A stretch of 64,000 bases of DNA from an uncultured cyanobacterium (GTDB lineage Bacteria > Cyanobacteriota > Cyanobacteriia > Cyanobacteriales > CAWCAG01). Positions 39,224-49,997 of this stretch are shown in pieces. The notes under the pieces were generated by a model, which did no database searches, was not told the DNA's origin, and worked only from the letters and a program-made list of their open reading frames with translations. The translations under genes were made by a program, and so were the position numbers. The stretch spans positions 896,001 through 960,000 of the forward strand of contig CAWCAG010000005.1 of NCBI GenBank assembly GCA_963793425.1, given 5' to 3'. Each line of letters begins with the position of its first letter. The first letter of the stretch is position 1.

Positions 39224-39854
39224 TCAGCAACTTTTCTTGCAAAAATTTAGCCCGTTCAGTAATACCTTGCCAATCTTCTGCTGCTATTAATTCCTGGGGA
39301 AATAACTGACTAGAAAGCCCTACTGCGATCGCCCCAGCAGCTAAAAACTCTGAGGCGTTGTTTAAGGTAACTCCTCCAGTAGGAATCAAAGGAATTTGAC
39401 CTAAAGGCCCTTGCAAACTTTTAATGTAGTTTGCTCCTCCCACTGCTTGACTGGGAAAAACTTTAACGCAACTGGCCCCCGCTTGCCAAGCTGTAACAAT
39501 TTCCGTGGCAGATAAAGCCCCTGGTACAATGGGAATACCCGCAGCAATAGCCCCTTGAATTAATAGGGGGTTAGTGTGAGGAGAAAAGAGAAACTGTGCC
39601 TTAGCCGCGATCGCCTCATTAAGTTGGCACTTATTTAAAATCGTTCCTGCACCAATAATATAATCTGGTAATTGGGAGCGCAATTGAGTAATTAAACTAC
39701 CAGGGCTTTGACTATTCCAGGTTATCTCAATTAACCTAATGCCCCCAGCCGCAACAGCTTGAGCCATTTTCAAACCCAAAGATTGTTGGGGCGAACGAAT
39801 AACGGCGATCGCGCGGTATTGTTGCAGTAATTTTAGCCAAGACTGATCGTCCAT
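39213..39854 (-). CDS. eda: KDPG/KHG aldolase
   Basis: IAVIR, IEIT, IGAGT, PGALSATE, VKVFP, PTGGV. Confidence 0.9.
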   Translation of the reverse strand: MDDQSWLKLLQQYRAIAVIRSPQQSLGLKMAQAVAAGGIRLIEITWNSQSPGSLITQLRSQLPDYIIGAGTILNKCQLNEAIAAKAQFLFSPHTNPLLIQGAIAAGIPIVPGALSATEIVTAWQAGASCVKVFPSQAVGGANYIKSLQGPLGQIPLIPTGGVTLNNASEFLAAGAIAVGLSSQLFPQELIAAEDWQGITERAKFLQEKLLINC

Positions 39855-39862
39855 ACCAGTAA

Positions 39863-40348
39863 TTAACGTACTTGACTATAAACTGCTTCAGAAAGCTGAG
39901 GAATTTCTGCATACTTCCCTAACACAGACTGAATTATTGAATAGGTGCAAACAGCCAAAACTATAATGAAAACTGTATTAAACAGAGTTTCTGCTATCAA
40001 ACCACCACCAATGATAGGAAGTAAAACTCTTTCCAATACTATACTTAGCAAAGTCAACAAAATATCGATCAAAATCGCTTGCATTGTGTTGTAGCGAATA
40101 AAATGGCTAATGCGAGGATTTCTCACCACAGCCAGGAAGAGAATAAAGAAAATAATAATTCCGGCGAACATTCCCAAAGCGGCATAGACTAAAGCAATAG
40201 GAAGAAGAGGAATGCTAATTATTTCTATTAATCCAGGAAACTGCTGTCCTAAATATCTTCCGAAGGGTAGCAAATAGTACAAAGGAAATAAATATACTAA
40301 AGCAGAAAAAATTTTATCTTTGATATCTGTAGAACCGCGCCAATTCAT
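39863..40348 (-). CDS. Tic20 family membrane protein
   Basis: VVRNPRISHFIRYNTMQAILIDI, GKYAEIPQLSEAVYSQV. Confidence 0.9.
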   Translation of the reverse strand: MNWRGSTDIKDKIFSALVYLFPLYYLLPFGRYLGQQFPGLIEIISIPLLPIALVYAALGMFAGIIIFFILFLAVVRNPRISHFIRYNTMQAILIDILLTLLSIVLERVLLPIIGGGLIAETLFNTVFIIVLAVCTYSIIQSVLGKYAEIPQLSEAVYSQVR

Positions 40349-40411
40349 CAGCTTTTCTCCTCAAAAATCAAGGCTAACACTTTCTCTATTATAGATAAAG
40401 CTTAAAAGATA

Positions 40412-40666
40412 TCACCCAGTCTCTTTTGTACTCTCAATGTTAGCGATACAAAAACCCATCTGACATTCATATACCTCCGATACAGCTTCTTGAGAAGGGC
40501 AATTTGTTAAGTGATTTTGTAGGTTTTTAGTTTCCTTAGCCTGATGGCGACGGCAACCTAGTTTACCCTCATGCCAACGAGGTAAGCCTTTCTTGCTAGC
40601 AAGCAAACAGTCACAACAAACTTGCCCAGGAGAAAGTATTTGTTTTTCAGTGATGACAATCAGCAT
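40412..40666 (-). CDS. Small Cys-rich hypothetical protein
   Basis: VCCDCLLA..GLPRW..GKLGC and YECQMGF; GGAGG RBS-like sequence upstream on the minus strand. Confidence 0.65.
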   Translation of the reverse strand: MLIVITEKQILSPGQVCCDCLLASKKGLPRWHEGKLGCRRHQAKETKNLQNHLTNCPSQEAVSEVYECQMGFCIANIESTKETG

Positions 40667-40838
40667 TTATCCCTCCCACTACTCGCTAATGCTGTTAATC
40701 CTATTCTAGTTAAGGCTTTTGAGGAAACGAAAATATTGCTACACAGCTTAATAAGTCAGAGCAAAAAATACTGTCTCCAGATCAAATCTCTCATGATAAA
40801 TGGTATAAGCTGTTTTATGGCGTGTGTAGAAATTAATT

Positions 40839-42074
40839 ATGACAACTATTAACGATAATTACCTCAAGCTTAAAGCTGGCTACCTTTTTCCGGAAATTGG
40901 ACGACGGGTTAGCAGCTTTGCCGAAGCGAATCCTGATGCACCTTTAATTAAACTTGGTATTGGTGATGTTACAGAGCCCTTGCCAGAAGCCTGCCGTACA
41001 GCAATGATTGAAGCTGTTGAGGAAATGGGGAATCGCGAAACTTTTCAAGGTTATGGCCCAGAACAAGGTTATCTTTGGTTAAGGGAGAAAATTGCTGCCT
41101 CTGATTTTCAAACAAGAGGTTGTGAGGTCGATGCTTCAGAAGTTTTTATTTCCGACGGTGCTAAGTGTGATACGGGTAACATCCTCGACATTTTCGGTGA
41201 TGATAATACCATCGCTGTTACTGACCCAGTTTACCCTGTTTATGTTGATACTAACGTCATGGCAGGACATACAGGTTCTGCTAATGAGAAAGGGGAGTAC
41301 GAAGGGCTAATTTATTTACCCATTACTGCCGAAAACAACTTTACAGCAGAAATTCCTAAGCAAAAGGTTGATTTAATTTACCTTTGTTTCCCCAACAATC
41401 CCACAGGAGTTGTTGCTTCCCAAGAAAACCTCAAAGCTTGGGTAGATTATGCCAAAAGCCATAACTCCTTAATCCTTTTTGATGCAGCATATGAAGCTTA
41501 CATCACAGATCCTGAAATTCCCCATTCCATCTACGAAATTAAAGGGGCGAGAGACTGTGCTATTGAATTTCGTTCTTTTTCTAAAAATGCTGGCTTCACA
41601 GGAACTCGCTGTGCTTTTACTGTCGTACCCAAAGGCTTGACTGCGAAAGCTGCTGATGGTTCTGATGTTGAGTTGTGGAAACTATGGAATCGTCGCCAAG
41701 CCACCAAATTTAATGGTGTATCCTACATCATCCAAAGGGGTGCAGAAGCTGTTTATTCCCAAGCAGGGCAACAACAAATCAAGGAGTTGATTAGCTTCTA
41801 CCTAGAAAATGCCAAAATCATTCGCGAAAAACTCACCGCAGCAGGAATTGAGGTTTATGGTGGTGTACACGCTCCCTATATTTGGCTTAAAACTCCCCAA
41901 GGACTTTCTAGTTGGGATTTCTTCGATAAATTGCTGCAAACTTGCTATGTGGTAGGAACTCCTGGTTCAGGTTTTGGTGCGGCGGGGGAAGGTTATTTTC
42001 GCATCTCTGCGTTTAATAGTCGCAAGAATGTTGAGGAAGCGATGCAGAGGATTACTGATAAATTCAAAGCTTAA
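40839..42074 (+). CDS. dapL: LL-diaminopimelate aminotransferase
   Basis: [46 protein letters not shown]. Confidence 0.96.
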   Translation: MTTINDNYLKLKAGYLFPEIGRRVSSFAEANPDAPLIKLGIGDVTEPLPEACRTAMIEAVEEMGNRETFQGYGPEQGYLWLREKIAASDFQTRGCEVDASEVFISDGAKCDTGNILDIFGDDNTIAVTDPVYPVYVDTNVMAGHTGSANEKGEYEGLIYLPITAENNFTAEIPKQKVDLIYLCFPNNPTGVVASQENLKAWVDYAKSHNSLILFDAAYEAYITDPEIPHSIYEIKGARDCAIEFRSFSKNAGFTGTRCAFTVVPKGLTAKAADGSDVELWKLWNRRQATKFNGVSYIIQRGAEAVYSQAGQQQIKELISFYLENAKIIREKLTAAGIEVYGGVHAPYIWLKTPQGLSSWDFFDKLLQTCYVVGTPGSGFGAAGEGYFRISAFNSRKNVEEAMQRITDKFKA

Positions 42075-42285
42075 TATAGCCTTTCTCAGACTCATGTGGT
42101 GGTGTTTTTAATGAATCAGGGGCAACACTCCGGCAGCCCGGCTATTAACGCTGGTAGCAACAATAATGGTACAGATGCAGTCGGTGGCATTTCCCTCCAC
42201 TTTGAACTACTTGATTGGCTAATAAGCGCAATGACCACTGACTATAACCTGCTGGTGGCTCTCCTAAGCGTAAGGCGATGATTTT
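42075..42285 (-). mobile_element. IS630-family transposase remnant with a putative element end
   Basis: Minus strand 42285-42196 reads KIIALRLGEPPAGYSQWSLRLLANQVVQ (IS630 HTH region); TATAGCCTTTCTCAG end-like sequence at 42075. Confidence 0.65.
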
Positions 42286-42421
42286 TAGTGATTTCAAAAT
42301 TTATCGTGGCGATCGCAACCAGTTAATCGCCACGATTATGCCGGAAGAAGTCTAGTGCATCCAGATTTATTTAAGGAATACCCCTATACCCCTCTCCCCA
42401 TTAAATAAAGCCTTGAATCCT

Positions 42422-45208
42422 TTACTTAGCTAACTTTTGCTTATAGCGCCGGAAAACTAAGGCAAAAGGAATTGTCATGATCACGGCTAAAATTAATCCT
42501 GGTTCAGGTACATTGGAGGTATTGTCAAGAGGATTGCCGGGTTGTGCCAATTCTTCTTTGCCATCTTCTACTGTCCTATCAAACCTATCATCTTCTGCTT
42601 CGGCTGCTTTTAAGGCTTGTCTTTGCTCATCATTAACTAAGACAATCATAGAAGAGTAGGGGGTAACGATGGCATATTTTTTGGCCAGGTTATGAATTTT
42701 GTCTAATTCTTTTACTGAATTGCCATCGCTTTGGGCGCTTAAGCTTTTAATTAACTGTCTAGTAGCCAGGGGCGCAAAGTCCTGTTTTGTAGTAGCTTCT
42801 GCTTGAGTTGTGGTGACAGACCAACTATAATTATCAATTACATTAGAACCGAGTTGAGATTGTGTGGCTGCCCTTTTCAATACTTCTGGTAGTGCTGTGG
42901 CAACTCCCCCTTGACTGTCTTGAATCACTTTTAACGAGGCATCGTCGTAAGCTGGGGCTAAGGAATCTCCTAAGTGTACAACCCATAAAGGTGATTTGAT
43001 GTCCGGCACATCTTTGCTATCGTCTGCTAATTCATAGTTGCTGGCATCTGTGAGGACAATAATGTTGTTGTAGGAATTGTTCCCTTGCAACTTAACAAAC
43101 TGGTACAACATTTCTTTAAGTTGCAACTTGCCGTAAAAGACTTGCTTGTTAGCTGGGAAACTTTGGATATCATCTAGGAATTGAGGTGCATATTTGCCTG
43201 TAGCTGTTAAATATAAGTCGGCATCTGAGAAACCATTCTTCTTTAACCAAGTGAAAGTTTCCTCTACTTTCTGAGAATTTTCTCCCATGCTATGGGAAGT
43301 GTCGAGGATGATAGCTAAGGATTCCTTTTTCGGTAAGACATAATCTTTTTCGGTGAGAGGTGTTGCAGTTAAGCGGTAGCCTTCTGATAAGCTAATTTGC
43401 TGTTTTTGGGGTTGGTATGGCTTTTGGGCAGGTAAGAAAGCCGGAAGCCAGTTTTTACCATCTCCTTTAACCTTTGCCCCATTTTGCGATCGCAAACTAG
43501 CCTTTGTCCAAAAAATGTTACGTCTCTCTGCCAATTTAGGCAATGCCCAGCCTTGTGGTTGCTGCATGACTTTATAGGTAAGCCAGAGGTGCATTTGCGT
43601 GGGAGCTTCGGGGTCTGCTGGTTGCTGCCCTAAAGGGAGGCGGGGAGGGACAGGAAAGGCTCTTAAACGGTAGTTTCGGGGGCCAACTTGTTCTAGTAAG
43701 GCGGGGTCAACAGGGCGCTCTCTTCTGACTTGGGAGTTATATACTTTTTGTGCCGCACCGCGAGGAGAAACTTGGAAGGTGAAGCGTTTATCCCTGTCGG
43801 CACTGTCTCCTAACCAAACTCCGGTGACGACAGCACTTTCTGGTAAGGAGAAATAGTAGAGAATTTCTTCGACATCATTGGTTTGGTTTTCATAGACTTC
43901 ATATAGTTCTATTTCTGCCCAGTCTCCTTGGGGGGTAAGGGTTATATCTTGCGATTTCAACCAAACTCTTTTTTCATCAATATTGAGTACTCCTGCTTTG
44001 GCTTCATCCAGGATAAAGGTAGATTTCAAGGCATGGCGGATAGCGTCTTTTTCTCCTTTTTGAATAGGGAGATCAAAAAATTCTTCGTAAAGTTGTTCTG
44101 CTTTAGTATTATCTTCCGAAGAACCTTGATAAAGGAAAGGAGAAATGAGAGTATTAAAACCATCTTGAAAGATTTGTGAGGCTGACTCGTTTAAGTCGAA
44201 AGCATTTCTATAAAGATAGGCAATAGAGTTGCTATCTTCCCCTGGAGAAAGATAGCGATAGGAATATAAGTAAGCGTTAATTAAACCCCGGCGAATGGTG
44301 GGAGTTTTTTTGAGTAAGGCTGTTTTTTCACTATTAGTTTGCGGCGATTTATTTAAGAGTTCAAAGGCTTGAGTTTGCGGTTGGTGATTGAAGCCAACAA
44401 AGAGAATAAACCAAGCTGTCAAGACTCCTAACACTCCTGAAATAGTAGCCTTTTTGCCATAATCAGAACGAAATCTTTGAATTATTCTTGTTCCTGATTT
44501 GATGTAGAATGTTACCCAAAACAAGGGCATTAAAATGAATAGAGTGGCGCTGAGGATGAAAAGGAGTATCATCGGTGCGCCATAAATAATAAATTCTATC
44601 CAAGATATCCAGTCTTGAGTTAGCGCTCGCCATATGCCTGTTAACCAGTAAAAATCCCAAAACCATTCCCAGAAAAAAGCACCTATAGGAACAGCATAAA
44701 ATGCTAATAGGATTCCGACTCCGACTCCTACTAATAACATGAGGGTATGAACCCCCAGTTGCAAGCTAGCTAAAAGGCGATTTTCTTCTCCGTAGCCATT
44801 AACTAACTCGACAAAAAATCCTAACAAACAAACGAGTAATGTTCCGATAACTAAATGACTAGCCGGGGTGAGTTCTCGGAGTATGAATAAACGTATGAGC
44901 AAAAGAAGAATTAAGGGGGCTTCTAAACCATAAAATAAGCGAATTAACTTGTTAGGTTCCAAAGAAAAAGTGAGGCGGGCGATGGCTACTGTAGCCAAAG
45001 GTATTAATAATATAGCAACGAAGACGAAGAAAAACTCTCTTTCAATTTCTCCTCGTAAACCTGCTAACCAAAAACCAGTACCGAGAAGAGGTAGCAAGCC
45101 ACCATAAATAACTAACAGGAAAGCCAGGTTCCAAAACCAGAAAACCCCAGCCCCTGAGATGTTGAGGAATGATTTTAATTTTCCTTGAGGTTTTTTAATA
45201 GTTTTCAT
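42422..45208 (-). CDS. TIGR02921-like PEP-CTERM integral membrane protein with VIT domain
   Basis: N-terminal multi-TM region, VIT-like YYFSLPESAVVTG and DPALLEQVGP, vWA-like LDTSHSM, VTPYSSMIV, C-terminal VPEP plus TM plus basic tail. Confidence 0.85.
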   Translation of the reverse strand: MKTIKKPQGKLKSFLNISGAGVFWFWNLAFLLVIYGGLLPLLGTGFWLAGLRGEIEREFFFVFVAILLIPLATVAIARLTFSLEPNKLIRLFYGLEAPLILLLLIRLFILRELTPASHLVIGTLLVCLLGFFVELVNGYGEENRLLASLQLGVHTLMLLVGVGVGILLAFYAVPIGAFFWEWFWDFYWLTGIWRALTQDWISWIEFIIYGAPMILLFILSATLFILMPLFWVTFYIKSGTRIIQRFRSDYGKKATISGVLGVLTAWFILFVGFNHQPQTQAFELLNKSPQTNSEKTALLKKTPTIRRGLINAYLYSYRYLSPGEDSNSIAYLYRNAFDLNESASQIFQDGFNTLISPFLYQGSSEDNTKAEQLYEEFFDLPIQKGEKDAIRHALKSTFILDEAKAGVLNIDEKRVWLKSQDITLTPQGDWAEIELYEVYENQTNDVEEILYYFSLPESAVVTGVWLGDSADRDKRFTFQVSPRGAAQKVYNSQVRRERPVDPALLEQVGPRNYRLRAFPVPPRLPLGQQPADPEAPTQMHLWLTYKVMQQPQGWALPKLAERRNIFWTKASLRSQNGAKVKGDGKNWLPAFLPAQKPYQPQKQQISLSEGYRLTATPLTEKDYVLPKKESLAIILDTSHSMGENSQKVEETFTWLKKNGFSDADLYLTATGKYAPQFLDDIQSFPANKQVFYGKLQLKEMLYQFVKLQGNNSYNNIIVLTDASNYELADDSKDVPDIKSPLWVVHLGDSLAPAYDDASLKVIQDSQGGVATALPEVLKRAATQSQLGSNVIDNYSWSVTTTQAEATTKQDFAPLATRQLIKSLSAQSDGNSVKELDKIHNLAKKYAIVTPYSSMIVLVNDEQRQALKAAEAEDDRFDRTVEDGKEELAQPGNPLDNTSNVPEPGLILAVIMTIPFALVFRRYKQKLAK

Positions 45209-45327
45209 TTGGTATAAAAGGTTATACTTTTTACGCGAACACCGAAAGGACTACATTTATCTAGCTAGACTTTCCAGATTTTTCTTCCATATAGTTCTTC
45301 AATAATCAGTTATTAGAGAGAGTAGCG

Positions 45328-45792
45328 ATGAGAAAAAGCAGAAATAACCTAGGATTAAGACGGGGCGATATCATCCTTGCTTATACTTTTTTACGACTTA
45401 TTGTCGGAATTAATTACTTCAATCATGGCTTTACTCGTCTTGGTAACATCCCTGATTTTGTGGCAGGGATGGTAGATAAATTTCAAGGTACATTTATTCC
45501 GGAGATATTGATTAGAATTAATGCTGCCTTGGTTCCCCCGGTGGAATTGATTGTTGGTTTGCTAATTACCATTGGCTTATTAACTCGTTCTGCTTTAATT
45601 GCCTGTTTTGCTCTCATGCTAATTTTGATGTATGGAGTTACTTTAGTTCAAGATTGGCAAGTGGCAGGGGGACAGCTAACTTATAACTTGGCCCTATTTA
45701 TTTTACTAGCGGGGCTTGGTTTTAATACTATTTCTGTAGATAATTGGTGGCAAAAACGTAGCAAAAAGTCAAAGGATAACTTAGGTAAATAA
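45328..45792 (+). CDS. DoxX family membrane protein
   Basis: LRLIVGINYFNHG, ELIVGLLITIGLLTR, ISVD. Confidence 0.85.
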   Translation: MRKSRNNLGLRRGDIILAYTFLRLIVGINYFNHGFTRLGNIPDFVAGMVDKFQGTFIPEILIRINAALVPPVELIVGLLITIGLLTRSALIACFALMLILMYGVTLVQDWQVAGGQLTYNLALFILLAGLGFNTISVDNWWQKRSKKSKDNLGK

Positions 45793-45871
45793 ACAGCTAA
45801 ATAATTTTGCAAGCGACCCATATTTAGCTAGTATTAACATTAACATTGGGTCGCTTATCAGTTACTTGCAA

Positions 45872-46261
45872 TTAATTGTGATCTTCAAAACGAATAATAT
45901 CGTCATCACCCAAATGTTCGCCATTCTGCACTTCAATCATCACCAAAGGTATAACACCAGGATTTTCTACACGATGGCGAGTATTCATTGGTACATAGGT
46001 TGATTGCTTTTGCATCAACACTGTTTCTTCATCGTTGCAAATAACCCTAGCTGTACCAGAAACCACAATCCAATGTTCGCTGCGATGATAGTGCATTTGC
46101 GTACTGATGTGATGCCCTGGCTTAACTTCAATACGATTAATTCTATATCTAGCCCCTTCTTCTAGAACAGTCACTTTTCCCCAAGGAGGAGTTCTTTCTA
46201 GCAAAATTTCTTCATCTTCGGTTTCCTTGACTATGCGACCATGATTTTGCTCGTCATTCAT
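45872..46261 (-). CDS. Mannose-6-phosphate isomerase type II C-terminal cupin domain protein
   Basis: PWG, QMHYHRSEHWIVVSGTA, HRVENPG, IEVQNGE.LG.DDI.RF. Confidence 0.9.
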   Translation of the reverse strand: MNDEQNHGRIVKETEDEEILLERTPPWGKVTVLEEGARYRINRIEVKPGHHISTQMHYHRSEHWIVVSGTARVICNDEETVLMQKQSTYVPMNTRHRVENPGVIPLVMIEVQNGEHLGDDDIIRFEDHN

Positions 46262-46348
46262 AGCTCTTTCCCTTAAAATAGTTCCTTTCAGGATACTAAG
46301 AATTTTAGCCTAAATATAATTTTGTTGAAGGTTGATAATCACTAAAAA

Positions 46349-49033
46349 TTAGTTTTCTTCTCTACTCAACTGTTGTAATAAATTCTCCAACTCTTGCTGG
46401 TAACGTCCATAATCAGACCAATTCCCAATACGTAAAGCTTCCTTGGCTTTTTGAAAAGCAGCCCAAGCAGAATTAGCTAAATCAGAATTAGTTTGGTTAG
46501 TGATAGCTGTTGTTTGTTTCTCACCAAAAATAGCCGCAAAAGCTTCTTCTAAACTTTCTTCCATAACAATATTTTTATCATAGGCTAAAATAACTCGCTT
46601 TAGTTCTGGAAGTTCCCCTTGTTCTGCCCGTAGGTAAACTGGTTCTATATAGAGTAAGGATTCTTCGATAGGAATAACTAACAAATCACCACGAATGACC
46701 CGGGAACCTTCTTGACTCCATAAGGTTAATTGTTCAGAAATTTCTGGAGTTTGATTTACCCTAGCAACAATTTGCGAAGGACCATAAACTAGTTCTTGTT
46801 TAGGAAATTTATAAAGTAGTAATTTACCATAGTTTTCCCCATCAGAACGGGCGGTCATCCAGGCAATCATATTATCTTTATTAACGGGGGTAAAAGGAGA
46901 AATAAGTACAAATTCTTCCTGGAGTTCCCCTGGCAGGCGCATTATTAAATAATAAGGTTCCATTGTTTCTTGCTTGCCTTCATATACTGTGGTGGGGAAA
47001 CGCCAAAGATCCTCGCGATTATAGAAGACTTGGGGGTTACTCATGTGGTAAGCAAGATACATTTGGGCTTGAATTTTAAATAGATCCGAAGGATAACGAA
47101 AATGAGCTTTTATTTGAGGAGAAATCTTTGCTTTTGAGGTAAATAGATTCGGAAAAATCTTCTGATAAGTGGCTAATACTGGATCTATTTCATCTATAAC
47201 AAAAAACGTCATCGTACCGTCATAGGCATCAATGATAACTTTAACCGAATTACGAATATAATTAATTTTACTGGCCTGATTACCTTTTAATGGTTCGGAG
47301 TAGGGATAGCGATCGCTAGTAGTATAGGCATCAATAATCCAAGTTAATTTCCCTTCAATGACAGCTATGTAAGGATCATCATCAAAGCGCAAAAAAGGAG
47401 CGATCTGTTGTACTCTATCTTTGATACTTCGGTGGTAATGAATGCGAGAATTTTTAGTAAAGTAATCAGAAAGTAAGATTTTAATACTGCGTTGATTATA
47501 AGCATAAACTAACCTACGCCAAAAAGAAGCAATAGAAACTCCTCCCTTACCATCGTAGTTATTGAAAGCGTTTTCTTCCCCTAAAGGATAGTCAAATTCT
47601 TTGGTGCTAGTACCAGTAAAAATATAAGTTTTAGTTTCCTCCCCATAATAAATTCTCGGTTGCGTAATTGTTAAATCTACCGTAGATACAGGAGGAATAT
47701 CTTTAATAAATAGCTCCGGCAAACCATCAGGAGCAACAGTATTAACAGGACTCATGGCTAAGCCGTAACCATGGGTATATTTCAGCCTTTTATTAACCCA
47801 AGTACGGGCGCGATTAGAAACTTGGGAATAAGAAAGTTCTCTAGGAGAAAGCATTACCTGACGATAATTACCATCAAAAGTATAGCGATCAATATCAACA
47901 TCACTAAATTTGTAGTAAAGGCGAATTTCTTGTAACTGGCGGTAGGTTCTTAAAAGAGGGCGATAGTCCCAGAGACGAATATTGCGGACAGTAGATTCAT
48001 TTTCTTGTAAGATTTGGCGATTTAATTGTGCTTCAGCCGGATAATCTTTTCTTTGTACTTCTTGGAGATTGTAAGCGTTGCGAGTAAATTGAATGTTGTT
48101 TTCAATATAAGGTTTTTCTTTTTCTAATTCGTTGGGTTCAACGACAAATCTTTGTTGCCATAAAGGATAAATACCATTGATGAAAATGAAAATAGCTAAG
48201 TATAGAGCGATGCCATAACCTGGTAAGGTCAAATTAGGACGATAAACTGCGACTAAAAAGATAATTGCTAAAGCAAAAGTAGCAAAAGCCATTACCCAAT
48301 AGGCAATGAGTTTAGCATGAACATCGGTATAGCCAGCCCCGAAAACTACTCCTTCTGGAGAATAAAGCAATTCATAGCGTCGTAACCAGAATCCTAAAGC
48401 ATTTAAGAAAGCAATTCCTGCTAAAAGGAAGCTGAGGTGAGTTTTAACTTTCCCGGTGAGTATTTGTCGCCATTGAGTTTGAAAAGAAACAGTTTCTTTA
48501 AAAATATAAATAAGTAAAGATAGAACAAGTGCCGCAATCAATAGGGTGGATAACCAAGCCAGAATACTTTCATAAAGAGGTAGTTGGAAAAAATAGAAAC
48601 TAATATCCTTTTGATAAATAGGATCAGCTAATTGGAATAAGGTACTATGGATATATTTTAGAATAGTTTCCCATGCCGGAATACTTTCAGTCGCTGCTGC
48701 CCAAGCTGCAACAAAAATGATTACTAAAGCGAGATAATTAACCAGGTATTTATTATAAAGTTCTAAATAACTACCAGTAAAAAAACTAAAAGAGCGGTCA
48801 CGGGTAAAAGATTGTGCCAACCAATAGTTTCCCCACAAAAAAGCGAAGTAAATAACCGCAGTAGCGAACCAGATTAAAACTTGCCAAGTTATCCGCGTCC
48901 AAAAAACCTGCCCGTAACCAACAGTATCAAACCACCACAATTGTGTTAACAACCTCATTAATGTAGTAAGAATAAATAAAGAAATTATTCCTACCAATAA
49001 AGCAGCTACAATATTTCTCTGCCGTACTTTCAT
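46349..49033 (-). CDS. UPF0182 family membrane protein
   Basis: WWF..VGY.QVF, GAGYTDVHA, NIRLWD, YTHGYG, NYIRNSVK. Confidence 0.93.
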   Translation of the reverse strand: MKVRQRNIVAALLVGIISLFILTTLMRLLTQLWWFDTVGYGQVFWTRITWQVLIWFATAVIYFAFLWGNYWLAQSFTRDRSFSFFTGSYLELYNKYLVNYLALVIIFVAAWAAATESIPAWETILKYIHSTLFQLADPIYQKDISFYFFQLPLYESILAWLSTLLIAALVLSLLIYIFKETVSFQTQWRQILTGKVKTHLSFLLAGIAFLNALGFWLRRYELLYSPEGVVFGAGYTDVHAKLIAYWVMAFATFALAIIFLVAVYRPNLTLPGYGIALYLAIFIFINGIYPLWQQRFVVEPNELEKEKPYIENNIQFTRNAYNLQEVQRKDYPAEAQLNRQILQENESTVRNIRLWDYRPLLRTYRQLQEIRLYYKFSDVDIDRYTFDGNYRQVMLSPRELSYSQVSNRARTWVNKRLKYTHGYGLAMSPVNTVAPDGLPELFIKDIPPVSTVDLTITQPRIYYGEETKTYIFTGTSTKEFDYPLGEENAFNNYDGKGGVSIASFWRRLVYAYNQRSIKILLSDYFTKNSRIHYHRSIKDRVQQIAPFLRFDDDPYIAVIEGKLTWIIDAYTTSDRYPYSEPLKGNQASKINYIRNSVKVIIDAYDGTMTFFVIDEIDPVLATYQKIFPNLFTSKAKISPQIKAHFRYPSDLFKIQAQMYLAYHMSNPQVFYNREDLWRFPTTVYEGKQETMEPYYLIMRLPGELQEEFVLISPFTPVNKDNMIAWMTARSDGENYGKLLLYKFPKQELVYGPSQIVARVNQTPEISEQLTLWSQEGSRVIRGDLLVIPIEESLLYIEPVYLRAEQGELPELKRVILAYDKNIVMEESLEEAFAAIFGEKQTTAITNQTNSDLANSAWAAFQKAKEALRIGNWSDYGRYQQELENLLQQLSREEN

Positions 49034-49045
49034 TACTTATAAGTC

Positions 49046-49444
49046 TTAAATGATTTTAGCTAAAATGCTTCCTAGCTGAATGCTAATCAATCCTAGTATG
49101 GCACTTCCTAACCAATATAAAATTGCTATTTGTACAGTGGTGCTACGTAGCAAATTAACGGTGTCTAATTCGTAAGTAGAAAAAGTTGTATAGGAACCTA
49201 AAAATCCTACCGCAACTAACAATCCTAATTCTGGGGAAATAGTAGCAATTCTTTCTGAAGCTAGGGTGACAAAGAAACCCATACCGAAACAACCAGTAAG
49301 ATTGATAGCTAGAGTACCATAGGGAAAGTTTGTACCCAAAATTTGCCCCAACCAGATACCTAAATAGTAACGACTTAGAGAACCGGCGATCGCACCTAAA
49401 CTAATGGCTATGGGGTGGCGAATAGTAAATTGCTCTGGTAACAC
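49046..49444 (-). CDS. crcB: Fluoride efflux channel CrcB/Fluc
   Basis: [30 protein letters not shown]. Confidence 0.93.
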   Translation of the reverse strand: MLPEQFTIRHPIAISLGAIAGSLSRYYLGIWLGQILGTNFPYGTLAINLTGCFGMGFFVTLASERIATISPELGLLVAVGFLGSYTTFSTYELDTVNLLRSTTVQIAILYWLGSAILGLISIQLGSILAKII

Positions 49445-49520
49445 TTCTTGTCAATAGTTTAAATTCGTTTCAAAACTATCATAGAATTAGCGTTTAATAG
49501 TCAATTGATATCAAAAATAG

Positions 49521-49579
49521 TTTGGAAAACGGCTTTTAGAAACGCACCTATTCCACTCTCTACAGAATATCATGTCAAG
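49521..49579 (-). repeat. Second copy of the dispersed repeat at 8761-8819
   Basis: Reverse complement CTTGACATGATATTCTGTAGAGAGTGGAATAGGTGCGTTTCTAAAAGCCGTTTTCCAAA. Confidence 0.55.
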
Positions 49580-49997
49580 AAGCAAGAGTTTTGCCTAAAT
49601 TAACATCAATAAGCAAAACTTTCCTTTCTTACGCTCTAAGTTTAAATTATTTAAACCCAAGCAACTTTTGAGCATCTTTATGAAGTCATATTAAGAACGA
49701 GCCAACAAGGTTTTGAAGGTGGTTGATTTTGTAATAGAATTAATCAAGATTTATAAACTATGATAAGCTGGCATTTTTCATACCTAAAACAAGCTTTAAT
49801 TAAGTGTAGCCAGAGTGTGACAAGGCTTTTCCTTAAAACAAAAAGCTTAATAAAAGAAAATCTACAATACTACAAGCTTCTTACAATCACTTCTTGCCGG
49901 AACTGAATTTAATCATCTATTGACAAAACACAGCTTCAATGGTATAGAGTCCGAGTACTCTAAAACCATGAGAAACTTATCGAAACTACTTGCTTAC

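Noticed and set aside
42096..42281. 61-aa plus-strand ORF
   Set aside because: Shadow of the minus-strand IS630 remnant; composition is not protein-like
49445..49620. Fluoride riboswitch upstream of crcB
   Set aside because: No GGCGATGG...-like aptamer with a matching pseudoknot was found on the minus strand
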